The notes beneath the pieces are model-generated. The model ran no database searches. It saw only the letters and a program-made list of their open reading frames with translations, and was not told the DNA's origin. Of a stretch of 64,000 nt of DNA, positions 1-9,577 are shown in pieces. The translations under genes were made by a program, and so were the position numbers. Position 1 is the stretch's first letter, and the number at the start of each line of letters is the position of its first letter. This stretch comes from Rhodothermales bacterium. Its GTDB lineage: Bacteria; Bacteroidota; Rhodothermia; Rhodothermales; Bin80. The stretch covers positions 2,951,072 through 3,015,071 of the forward strand of contig OZ241742.1 of the NCBI GenBank assembly GCA_965200955.1. Reading direction: 5' to 3'.

Positions 1-693
1 CATACAGGTGGTGGCTTAATTGATTCTGTTGAGAGAACTGTGGAAGTTCTTCGACATCACTATGAGCTTATCGATTTTATTGTTCCTAGACATGCTATGT
101 CAGCAGGTACGTTGTTCACATTATCTGGAGACAATATTTATATGAATTATTTCTCAAAATTAGGGCCAATTGATCCTCAATTCTATGTTGATGAAAAATG
201 GATTCCTGGATTAGCATACTTAGAGAAATTTAACCAGCTGAATGATAAATCTGAAAAAGGAACCTTAACACCGCTGGAATACGGTTTAGCACTTAAGCTT
301 GATGTAGCTGATATTCATCAGTATGAGCAGGCCCAAGAACATTCCGTAGAATTGTTAGAAAAATGGTTATCCTCATACAAGTTCAATACTTGGGATCAAA
401 CTCAAAATTCCCAGCAAAGAGTCACATTAACAATGAAGCAAGATAGAGCTAAGGAAATAGCATTAAAGTTGAATGATACGAAAAGATGGCATTCTCATTC
501 TCGCGGAATTTCAATGAATACTTTACAGGATGAGATTGGTTTGCTCATTAGAAATTTTGAAGAGGACCCTCATCTTAAAGCAATCGTTAAAAGATTACAC
601 ACACTCATTACTGACTATATGACAGAAACATCAGAAATGTCTATATTAGTCAGGTTAGTCAATTTTAACCAATCTGAAGACAATCATGAATAA
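1..693 (+). CDS. SDH-family Clp-fold serine protease (ClpP/SppA-like), 5' end outside window
   Basis: Frame 1 is open from nt 1 (HTGGGLIDS...). The motifs HTGGG, HAMSAGTLFTLSGDNIYM and LGPIDPQ match the HTPGG / AMSGGT / LGPxDPQ signature I recall for the serine-dehydrogenase-proteinase family. Confidence 0.7.
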   Translation, partial: HTGGGLIDSVERTVEVLRHHYELIDFIVPRHAMSAGTLFTLSGDNIYMNYFSKLGPIDPQFYVDEKWIPGLAYLEKFNQLNDKSEKGTLTPLEYGLALKLDVADIHQYEQAQEHSVELLEKWLSSYKFNTWDQTQNSQQRVTLTMKQDRAKEIALKLNDTKRWHSHSRGISMNTLQDEIGLLIRNFEEDPHLKAIVKRLHTLITDYMTETSEMSILVRLVNFNQSEDNHE

Positions 694-904
694 GATTGAT
701 TCAAAACGCAAAAGTTTCCCAAAATCGGGAAAGCATCCACCTCCCGATTATGTCCAAGTTGTCGAAGACATGGAAAATAGGCTTCGTCAAATGGGAATAA
801 AAATCACCCGTCCTGGCCCCCGGCTACCTGCTCCTGGACATGAAAAGGGACCTGCACACAATAAGCATTATCTATTAAGAAACCACAAAGGTTTTTATCA
901 ATAG
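686..904 (+). CDS. small hypothetical protein (72 aa, basic, Pro-rich)
   Basis: ORF overlaps the protease stop by 8 nt (ATGAATAA), which suggests coupling. No recognisable motif. Confidence 0.3.
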   Translation: MNKIDSKRKSFPKSGKHPPPDYVQVVEDMENRLRQMGIKITRPGPRLPAPGHEKGPAHNKHYLLRNHKGFYQ

Positions 905-936
905 ATTGAACAGAGCATTTCTTTGACGACAGTAGA

Positions 937-1595
937 TCATCTTTGTGATGCGACCATCAGATCTTTTGGTATGCATTCTAAAGTAATTCTTAGAGTCGTT
1001 TCCTTCTTATTTGGAGCCACTTACCAAATGTCGGCATGTGCTATAAAAATGGAAGCCTCATTATTTTTTGCGACTTGCTTTCCAGTAATTGGATCCTTGT
1101 CAAGATATGGTGTGGGTTGTATACGTAACATAATGTGTCCAAAGACAATATTGTTACTACGCAGGTTGGCTGTCTCTGCTAGCTGTTGTACAAAGTAGTT
1201 GTGCTTGTTCTGATTATAACACTTACAACACCGAGAATTAAATCATCTCGTGAAATTGCTATATCAACACTCTTCTGAGGCTTTTGCAAAACCTCAGATT
1301 TTTCGTAGAAATATTGCTCTGAAACACCTGTGACGTATTTTTTAGAGTTGACTGGGAGGTTTTGCAAAAGGTTCTTCTCATAGTATTTATCTGGAACTTT
1401 CTGTTCCTTACCCCCACTTTGGGACAATCCTTGAATGACATATTGTTTACCAAGTACATCCGTTAATTCGGAGATAATCCAGCCATGGAGCACCTTGATT
1501 TTCTGATTTGATCGGGGCCCATGATCTACATAAGATTGGTAGGAGTCCTGAACAGCATTGAGAAGTCTTTCCTTAAAGTTGCGTCCTTCAATCAT
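937..1595 (-). pseudogene. putative type II restriction endonuclease, decayed (1 frameshift near 1225, in-frame TAA near 1020)
   Basis: MIEGRNFKE... starts 8 nt inside the methylase stop. It reads VDIAISRDDLILGVV then, in another frame, KCYNQNKHNYFVQQLAETANLRSNNIVFG (a D...VxK PD-(D/E)XK-like core). It continues past a TAA to ...IPKDLMVASQR. The + strand ORF 923-1198 is the antisense shadow. Confidence 0.45.
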
Positions 1596-3076
1596 TTTGA
1601 GCGTAAATTTTTGGAGAAATAGGGAAGTCTTGAATGTAACGTTTCGCATAACTGAACCATCCACCTCGAAATGGCTGTGCAAACATTCTAATATGCTGAT
1701 CCATTTCTGGGGAATTCAGTTCATTGATCAAATCCTCAAGCGAAATGTTAATTTTGGGCTTCACACAATACCCTGAATAGGATAGAGTGTCTGGATCATT
1801 ACATATTTGAAAATTAGGCTCAGGATTCATCGTTGATGTTAGAATTTTTCGCCCCATAGCACTACGAATGGACACTTCACGTCCGTAACCATTCCACTTC
1901 ATTGGGCTAAACGTCCCCTTATCCCGCCCAAGTAAGCGGTCTTTATTTTCAAATAGCCATGAATATGCGAGCGGATATACCTCAGCAAACTCTTTTTCTG
2001 GGAGTAGTTTTCCAGTTTCAGAATAGGGGTAAATTGCGACGCGTTCAATCTTGTCTTTGCCATCTTTACGGACGGAGGCCTTCAGAATGCGACGTATTGC
2101 CCCTGTCTCAATGCGGCGAGGAATATCATTCAGGGCCACGGTGACATATTCTGACTCCCATTGAATCACAGGAGCTATGAATACTTTATCTGCAAGCGTC
2201 TGAATTCCCACTCGAATTTCTGCAATATTACCCAGCTTTAAGGATTGATTTGAATAGGATGTATCACTCTTGTTATTGACGATGCCCACCGTGCATGCAA
2301 TTTAATAAGATCACACGAATTGGAAAAATCCCCGTCAATCCAGTAATAGGTTTTTGTGGGAATACTGCGTTCACCTTTCCGAATATGAGCTATACATGTG
2401 TAAGTCGAAACACCTGAAAATACTTGATGGTCTCGAAAATCCCAAAGAGATACGATACCATGATTCGCATTTAAATCATGACGCATTGGTGCCCCAGCCT
2501 GATTGCGAATCCATCCGCTAGGGGAGATAAATAACAGGTTTCCTGCTTCTATTAAGAGTCTCAACCCTAACTCATAAAAGACGATGTACAAATCACTTGA
2601 ACCTTGAAAGTAGCTCCAATCTCCCGCATATATTTTGTCTCTACGCTCAGATTCAAGATGCTGAATACGAACATAATGAGGGTTTCCTACACCCAATCAA
2701 AAGAGTTTTCATCTTGATGCCATGCATCCAGAGCATCTACGACACGAATACGCCAAAAATCGTTAGAATAATGCTCTCCGAGAATGGCATGTTCGGCCAT
2801 GGAAAGGCGTTCTCTGCTATGATGTGCAGCTGTTGCATCAATATCAAATCCTGTTAACTGGCTAAGAGTAGATAAATATAAAGGCTGAGATTCTTCAGGG
2901 GCTTTACGCAGTCGTGGACAAATCTCCTCTGCTATTGGAATAAGAAAATCTCCCGATCCACATGCTGGATCACAGATTCAAACATCCTTCAATGATTCCA
3001 TGAACACCGTATTCAGCATTCTATGGACAATGTCAGATGGCGTATATACTTTATCGAAGTATTTTGCCAGATCCAT
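1588..3076 (-). pseudogene. gamma-class N6-adenine DNA methyltransferase (Eco57I/TaqI-like with TaqI_C-type specificity domain), decayed
   Basis: ATG at 3076 gives MDLAKYFDKVYTPSDIVHRML...SLKDV. An in-frame TGA (2978-2980) comes just before motif I ICDPACGSGDF. FDWV then shifts -1 at about 2697 into motif IV GNPHY. A second shift lies in the 2238-2289 overlap. The C-terminal LGNIAEIRVGIQTLADKVFI is TaqI_C-like. Confidence 0.8.
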
Positions 3077-3673
3077 TGATGTTAAGGTTCAGATGTGGTA
3101 TTTTCATACCATTCCAATGAATGATTAAACCGCAGGGATTCTTTCAATCTTTGTTGAAACATTCGGGAACTATATCGCAAAATCACAAGGGATATAACTC
3201 CCCAAAATATACATAATTTTGATGAATTTAAGGATGTAATTCTCTTTCTTATTGATACGGAAGATCCGAGATCTATATCATCAAGCCGGAAAAAACGTTT
3301 ACTTCGGTTACAATATGAATGAACCAGTAGCGTCCAGCTTCCATGCAAAACCAATCAAAAAATCAAACCTGAATAGATGAGTAACATCATCCTGAGGATA
3401 TAATCACACTTTCCAATCAACCTATCATCCCACTCAACCCTTCCAGTGATAGATGATTGCAACTTCAAGGTGAAGTAGTTCAGTCAAAGGATGATAAATG
3501 AGGCGGATTGATGGAACGAAACCATGTAGAAATAAACACCGAATTTATCTACTTCTAATGTTACACATTTTTTCCATCATGAACAACTATGCTCATGGAT
3601 CATCAGAAATAACACTCTATTTCTAAGTATTTGAGATAACTATATTTGAGCATCAATGAAAGGCAGCTGAATA

Positions 3674-6600
3674 TTATTGGACACGAAGGAAGTTTCCATG
3701 GTGTTCAGATTGTCCCCCAGCTGATGAAACATGGACTCTATATATGTATACTCCATTGGATAGACCGTCACCGCTGATGGCAAATTGATTCCCCCACCCT
3801 ACTCCAAATTCCTTAGGTATTGTTGTCAATACACTTCGCCCCATGAGATCAAAAACCTCAACTACTATACTCGACGGCGACGGAAGATCAAACTTTATAT
3901 GGGTCCTCTGAGAAAATGGATTTGGATAATTACCATGCAAGATAAAGTTTTTAGGTATCCCAGTATCTTCGGAGGAAACGGGTGACACCACTTCAATTGA
4001 AAATGAAATACCTGCCTTCTGAAGATTTGTGTCCGTTGCCGAATACTCATACCGCGTTTGGTTGAACGTCATCACTGGGGTTCCACTGATGGCTCTGGAC
4101 TCGTCGTCAAACGTTAATCCACTGGGTAGGTCTGGTTGAAGAGTGTACGTAATGGGCGGTTGACCTCCCACCGCCTCTGGTAAAACAATAGGGGTAATGC
4201 TCTCACCTCTCGTGTAGGATTGATCTTGAATGTCACTCGTGAAGGTGAACCCTGAGCATGAGGGACCACGTACCGTAGAAATTCGCTTCAGCCACTGCTG
4301 AAACTCAGCATCCGACGGGGCACATAACTGTTGTCCTCCAAAATCTAATTCTTCAAGTTTGGTCAGTTGCATCAAAGTTCTCGGCAACGTACCACTCAGT
4401 TCATTGTGAGAGATGATCAACTTACGAAGCTCTGATAGTTGACCAAATTCTTCAGGAATTACGCCAGATAATTGATTTCGGGAAAGATTAATATTTCGCA
4501 ATCGCCGCAGCTGGCCTAATTCCTTGGGGATCTCGCCTGATAGTACATTGTTGTGAAGATATAGAAAAATGACTCTGGTCAGATTTCCTAAATTTTTGGG
4601 AATAGGTCCAGTCAAAGAATTGTTCTCCATCGAAATGATCCCGGCATTGACTAAATTACCTAATGCATCGGGAATCTCACCGCTCAGAGAATTATCCTTC
4701 AACCCAAGTACATCTATCTGTGAGAGATTTCCTAACTCCCCTGGAATTATACCCCTAAGGTTATTGTTTTCCAAATTTAGATGTGTCAGAGCAAGTCCTG
4801 TCAACTTCACTCCATACCAACTAATGAGATCTGTGAAGGTATTCACATTCGTAGCATTCCAATTTTTATTGTTATGCCAACTGTCTCCATTGGTAGAATG
4901 ATATAGAGCATTCAAAGCAGACAGGGTAATATTTGTTTGGAGATTAATCCCGAATGTAAAGACATCCACATCATCAACAAACGCTCCCTCACGAATACGA
5001 GGATAAAAGTGCATGGTTTGTCCCAAACCCGCATTCGTTCCAACTTTAAAACGAAATACTACATCCATTGAATCATTGCTAGGCAAGTGACCGATTAGTA
5101 TCTCAGGCTGCTCCAGAGTAATGAACGGATTCAATACTGAAGGCACCATTTCTATGGTAGCATTTTGGGCATCTAACAAGTGATTGATAAGTTGAATGTT
5201 GATGGTCACCTCATCACCTGAATCAATCTGGCGGTCGCCATCATCATCAATCCAAGACCACTCTCGAACACGAATTCCAGGAAACTGTGGTGGTTGTAAG
5301 CTTGTGTATGCATTGATAAACCCACGACCTAACCGTCCATGGAGATATCCAAGATTATCATCATCAATATTTTCACTTGAATGTCGGAGATGCTCTCTCA
5401 ACCCATCAGCGGTCATCTCAGGAAAGCGGGCTTTAGTCAATGCAGCTATACCAGCGACTAACGGTGCAGAATAGGATGTACCATTACGGGCGAAATATCG
5501 GTTCTGCAGATCTGTAGTAATGATATTCACTCCTGGTGCAAACACATCTACGGTCTTACCATAAGCAGAAAACCTTGCCAATCTGCGTGAATCTCGTTCA
5601 GTTGAACCAACGGACAATACCCTAGAGTACCTCGCAGGATAATGAGGAAAATCCTTGGAGTCAAATGATCTGTTACCAGCTGATGCTATGACTAAGGATC
5701 CCAAATCAGTCGCCAGATCAAGGGTTTCGGCAACAGATCGCGATGGTTCAACAGGTACAAAATCAGTTTTCCCCCAACTGGCATTGATAATATCTGCACC
5801 ATTCATAGCTGCATACAAAACCCCTTCATAAAAGTAGTCTTGTTCAAAGGGTGCACAGTCTACTTTGATATGCATCAACTGTGCATTCCATGCTGCTCCA
5901 GCAATGCCAATTCCATTGTCTCTGACAGCACTGGCAACGCCCGCTACAGCCGTTCCATGATATCCTCCTGAATTCTGCTCATTGATCACACCTGGGTCAT
6001 GATTCAAAACATCTTGATCGCAGAAATTGACTCCCCGAATATCATCAACAAATCCATTCTGATCATCATCTATATTATTTCCAGCAACTTCATCTACATT
6101 CACCCACTGATTAGCCAAAAGATCCTCATGATTCCACTCTGTGCCAGTATCTACAATCGCGATCACCACATCGGATAATCGTTCTGCTCCCTTGATCAAC
6201 TCCCATGCCTCTGGTAATCTTAGATGATTTAAATAACCCTGTTGATCATAAAACGGATCATCTGGTTCCTCGCCTTGATGATCTTCAATGATCTGGTGGA
6301 CATGAACTGGCTCGGCATAAGTAACCCCTTCCTCTTTCATGAAGTCCCTTGCGATTTGATTCGGTGCTACATCGGCATAATAATGGACATAATAGGTGCG
6401 TTGCAATGCACTGAGATTTTTTGCAATCGTGTGCGTAGATTCCAAGTAGTCCAGAAATGGATACATACGTGTAATGGAATAGACACCATATTGAGATGCT
6501 TTATCATCAAATCCATGCAATCCCGTCTTGGTCACATCATGACCCATATATATATTCGGTTCAAATTGAACCACAATAACCTGGGTTGCATATCCGGTAT

Positions 6601-6685
6601 CCGATTGTTGTGCTAAAACAGGACACAAAACAGAAAACAAAACGATAATACCAAACACATATTTATACATTGGTCGTTCGTTCAA
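3674..6685 (-). CDS. secreted S8 subtilisin-like peptidase with plant-type LRRs, Ig-like (He_PIG-type) domain and T9SS C-terminal sorting domain
   Basis: Has a signal peptide and the catalytic triad contexts VDTGTEWNHEDL, HGTAVAGVASA and GTSYSAPLVAGIAAL. About 8 LRRs follow the pattern LxxLxLxxNxLSGxIPxxLGxL. ITYTLQPDLPSGLTFDDESRAISGTP is followed by NYPNPFSQRTHIKFDLP...GVYIYRV. Confidence 0.9.
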   Translation of the reverse strand: MNERPMYKYVFGIIVLFSVLCPVLAQQSDTGYATQVIVVQFEPNIYMGHDVTKTGLHGFDDKASQYGVYSITRMYPFLDYLESTHTIAKNLSALQRTYYVHYYADVAPNQIARDFMKEEGVTYAEPVHVHQIIEDHQGEEPDDPFYDQQGYLNHLRLPEAWELIKGAERLSDVVIAIVDTGTEWNHEDLLANQWVNVDEVAGNNIDDDQNGFVDDIRGVNFCDQDVLNHDPGVINEQNSGGYHGTAVAGVASAVRDNGIGIAGAAWNAQLMHIKVDCAPFEQDYFYEGVLYAAMNGADIINASWGKTDFVPVEPSRSVAETLDLATDLGSLVIASAGNRSFDSKDFPHYPARYSRVLSVGSTERDSRRLARFSAYGKTVDVFAPGVNIITTDLQNRYFARNGTSYSAPLVAGIAALTKARFPEMTADGLREHLRHSSENIDDDNLGYLHGRLGRGFINAYTSLQPPQFPGIRVREWSWIDDDGDRQIDSGDEVTINIQLINHLLDAQNATIEMVPSVLNPFITLEQPEILIGHLPSNDSMDVVFRFKVGTNAGLGQTMHFYPRIREGAFVDDVDVFTFGINLQTNITLSALNALYHSTNGDSWHNNKNWNATNVNTFTDLISWYGVKLTGLALTHLNLENNNLRGIIPGELGNLSQIDVLGLKDNSLSGEIPDALGNLVNAGIISMENNSLTGPIPKNLGNLTRVIFLYLHNNVLSGEIPKELGQLRRLRNINLSRNQLSGVIPEEFGQLSELRKLIISHNELSGTLPRTLMQLTKLEELDFGGQQLCAPSDAEFQQWLKRISTVRGPSCSGFTFTSDIQDQSYTRGESITPIVLPEAVGGQPPITYTLQPDLPSGLTFDDESRAISGTPVMTFNQTRYEYSATDTNLQKAGISFSIEVVSPVSSEDTGIPKNFILHGNYPNPFSQRTHIKFDLPSPSSIVVEVFDLMGRSVLTTIPKEFGVGWGNQFAISGDGLSNGVYIYRVHVSSAGGQSEHHGNFLRVQ

Positions 6686-7122
6686 TTAATGATACTATGT
6701 ATCGTGAAACTGCATAGATACATCCCTTAACCCTTTCTCACATGGACATCGGTTTTTCCTTAAATTTGCAAATCCATATGAACGAATGGGCATATCCTTA
6801 TCAACGCATTATGTTTCATGAGCACGCAATCGTTTCAACATCGCCCAATACTTCCCCTGTGAAAGATGGCTGACTGGTAATGAAAGAATGGATTTATGTG
6901 ATGATTAACGGTTTTAGATCCGATTTGGAATGCTCTCAAAGATTTATTGGTGGAGAATCACCCCACATGAACATAAAACCTCTCCAATAGAATAACGCTT
7001 CTCACATGTAACGATTTCGTTGTACCTAATTGAGATTTGAGTGTGAACGAAGTGGTTCATTTTGTGATATACACCTGATCTTTTTCACGCTCGTCTGAAC
7101 CTTTTGATCAAAATTTTTATCT

Positions 7123-7623
7123 ATGATGTTCAAGATTGACCCGCGTATTCCCGAAGATGGAGATTCTATTTTTAGTGTAAGTCAGTGGCTCCCTACCCCA
7201 CTAGAAAAAACCTTTGAGTTTTTTTCGGATGCTCGAAATTTAGAGCAGATTACACCCCCTTTCCTAAGTTTTCGCATCATCACGCCTACTCCGATTGAAA
7301 TGCGACCCGGAGCACTCATTGATTATCAATTGAAACTTCGAGGGTTTCCGATTCAATGGCGCACCGAAATCACAGAGTGGGAACCCCAGAAGGGCTTTAC
7401 TGATGTCCAACTCAAAGGCCCCTATCGAAAATGGGTCCACCGTCATGATTTTCGCGAAGAAAATGGTGGAACGCGGGTAGAAGATACAATTCACTATCGA
7501 GTTCCAGGAGGCCCTATCATTAATTCCTTGATCGTTCGACCTGATCTTGACAAAGTATTCGGGTATCGGCAACAGATGATCTCACAGCTACTCGTTGCTC
7601 CTCAAGATGAGTTGCCTTCATAG
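7123..7623 (+). CDS. SRPBCC-family (cyclase/dehydrase-like) ligand-binding protein
   Basis: 166 aa. The motifs FFSDARNLEQITPPFLSFRI...WRTEITEWEP...GPYRKWVHRHDF are typical of the SRPBCC subfamily often fused to YfcH-type epimerases. Confidence 0.65.
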   Translation: MMFKIDPRIPEDGDSIFSVSQWLPTPLEKTFEFFSDARNLEQITPPFLSFRIITPTPIEMRPGALIDYQLKLRGFPIQWRTEITEWEPQKGFTDVQLKGPYRKWVHRHDFREENGGTRVEDTIHYRVPGGPIINSLIVRPDLDKVFGYRQQMISQLLVAPQDELPS

Positions 7624-8053
7624 AATCGCCCTCATTCAACATTCTCACCCTATCTTTTCAAATCTTTTGTATCGTGGACGACGGTATCTTATCTGACATG
7701 GATCTTATGTTCATGATGTGATCCACTCTCAAATGGTAATGACTCTGAGCATGTACAACAAGAGTGTTTCTCTTTTTCTGATCAAAATAAAAATGAAAAA
7801 TTGTATAGGCTTTAGGGTGAGGGGGAACATTTTGATTTTTTGCTATCATCCAATGATTGGGAATTTTTGATCATCATCAGTTTGTCTTGTGTTCAATTAT
7901 TTCATCCCACTGGTTCTACCATGAATGATTTAACATAGAGTGTAAAAAAATAGCATTTTCGGGTTCAATTGTCAGTTCGGTTTCTCGGTGGGAATTGAGT
8001 CTACAGTTTTATTGGGTGTTGATGACTCTTAGGATTGTTCAGTGCACGGAGGT

Positions 8054-9207
8054 TTAACCTACGTCTTCTTTTGCCAGCCGAAGCCTTTCCTTGTGGCGTT
8101 TAAGTTCTGACTTCAGCCAGTCATGCATAGATGGAATGGGTATTGAATATGCTTGATCGTCTTTTACGATCACTCCCTTTTCCATGAACTTATTAAATAT
8201 ATCTTCCGCTTTCTCTGCATCATGCTCTTTCTTGAATTCTGAAATGATCATTTTTTTAGTGAAGGATGCTCCGGCTTGGACACCATTAATCGCCTGGGCT
8301 TAACATAGTACATCGTCACCATCCATCTGCTCAACGCACTGAGTGTAATACTGAATGCGCCCCTTTCTCCCAACATCCATTACTTCCTTCAAACCTTCGG
8401 GTGTCATCACGCCTCCATTTTCTATCAAATAGTCGGAGGCATTCCTTGCATATGAATGCACATGTCGCGGCCAGCCGAGTGTCTCCTTGACAATCGCATC
8501 AATCCATTCTGCAGGAAATTCTTTGACCCCTGCTTCAACCATAATCCAATCACGAATCACGGCACGCTCTGGATTTTCACTCAATTGCCCCACCTTACTA
8601 TATTCTTTTCGCCAAACCTAGAAATGTCTAAGACTTGCAGGGCAGCCAGCGATGTTCTGAGGCCTGCGGCAAGGAGAACAATGGGCTTACGAAGATGTGC
8701 GTTGTGGATGACATCAAGAAGTTCCTTGACCTCATCACGTTGCTCAACGGGGTACTCAATAGCAGATGATAACTTTTGAGCTTCATCCATCAAGAGGAGT
8801 AGTGGTTTTCGTTTGCGTTTCTTGGGTTTGGAAGATGAGGCCTCCAGCTTAAGAAGATCAGGCACACTCAGAGCAATGGTGTCGGGCATTGGTCTGTTCT
8901 TGTAGCCTAAAGCATTCATCATCTTTCTGGGATCCCAGAGCGTGGCAGGGGTAATCTGAACAACTTTCCATCCCCTCAACTTTGCTCTTTTTTTACACTG
9001 ATCAAGCAATGCTGATTTCCCTGAACCAGAATCACCAACGATAAGATGAATCGTTCCCTTTCTTGATGCACGAACATTGAATAGGATGTTATCAAATTCT
9101 TTCAAGATGGCGGTTCGTCCATGGAAATATGGAGTAGCACCCCGGTCAAACACCCCCGCTCGGGTATATTTGCTTTTCTTTTTAGCCATGAAGGACAATG
9201 TTTTCAA
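8054..9207 (-). pseudogene. AAA/P-loop ATPase (AAA_16/AAA_22-like), decayed
   Basis: Walker A is VGDSGSGKSAL and Walker B is LLLLMDEAQ. The frame shifts at about 8581-8593 (…EKNIVR / LGQLSENPE…). An in-frame TAA at 8300-8302 (GDDVLC*AQAING…) precedes the last 65-aa piece. Confidence 0.65.
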
Positions 9208-9526
9208 GCGTCTTTGTCAACATACAACATCCGTTTGAGTTTCTACAGTGCTAATAGATGGTAACTTAGAAGCGGCACAAAGAGATTTTTTGAGAGCATC
9301 TTGCTGGAATAAATGAAGTCTTGGAACTGACAAAGGCGCAATGATCCGTCAAAACCTACGGAACTCAGTAGACCTATGCTGTAAGCATTCAGTGGATTTG
9401 ACTCATGATTAAGATGATTTTCTAGAACCAGTGAATACTCGGGGCAAATCGTATCATGAGATCAACAGGATAAGATTCTGAGTGCGTGGGATGAGTATGT
9501 CAAATGAGCAACTGGTTCTTATCTAC

Positions 9527-9540
9527 CCTGAATTTCCAAC
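9527..9540. repeat. IS terminal inverted repeat (left)
   Basis: CCTGAATTTCCAAC is the exact reverse complement of 11525-11538. Confidence 0.8.
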
Positions 9541-9577
9541 CACGTTTTTTATGACGTTTCCCTTCGGATCTATCCGT

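Noticed and set aside
923-1198. ORF-track + strand ORF (91 aa), and similar antisense ORFs inside large genes (for example 4569-4901, 10698-11000, 45015-45314, 45633-45938, 50634-51113, 57331-57936)
   Set aside because: They lie opposite clearly homologous coding sequence, or are alternative frames of the FN3 repeats, and have no motifs of their own. They are shadow ORFs.
3082-3354. 90-aa minus-strand ORF upstream of the methylase
   Set aside because: It has a non-ATG start, low-complexity composition and no recognisable family. There is not enough evidence to call it a gene.
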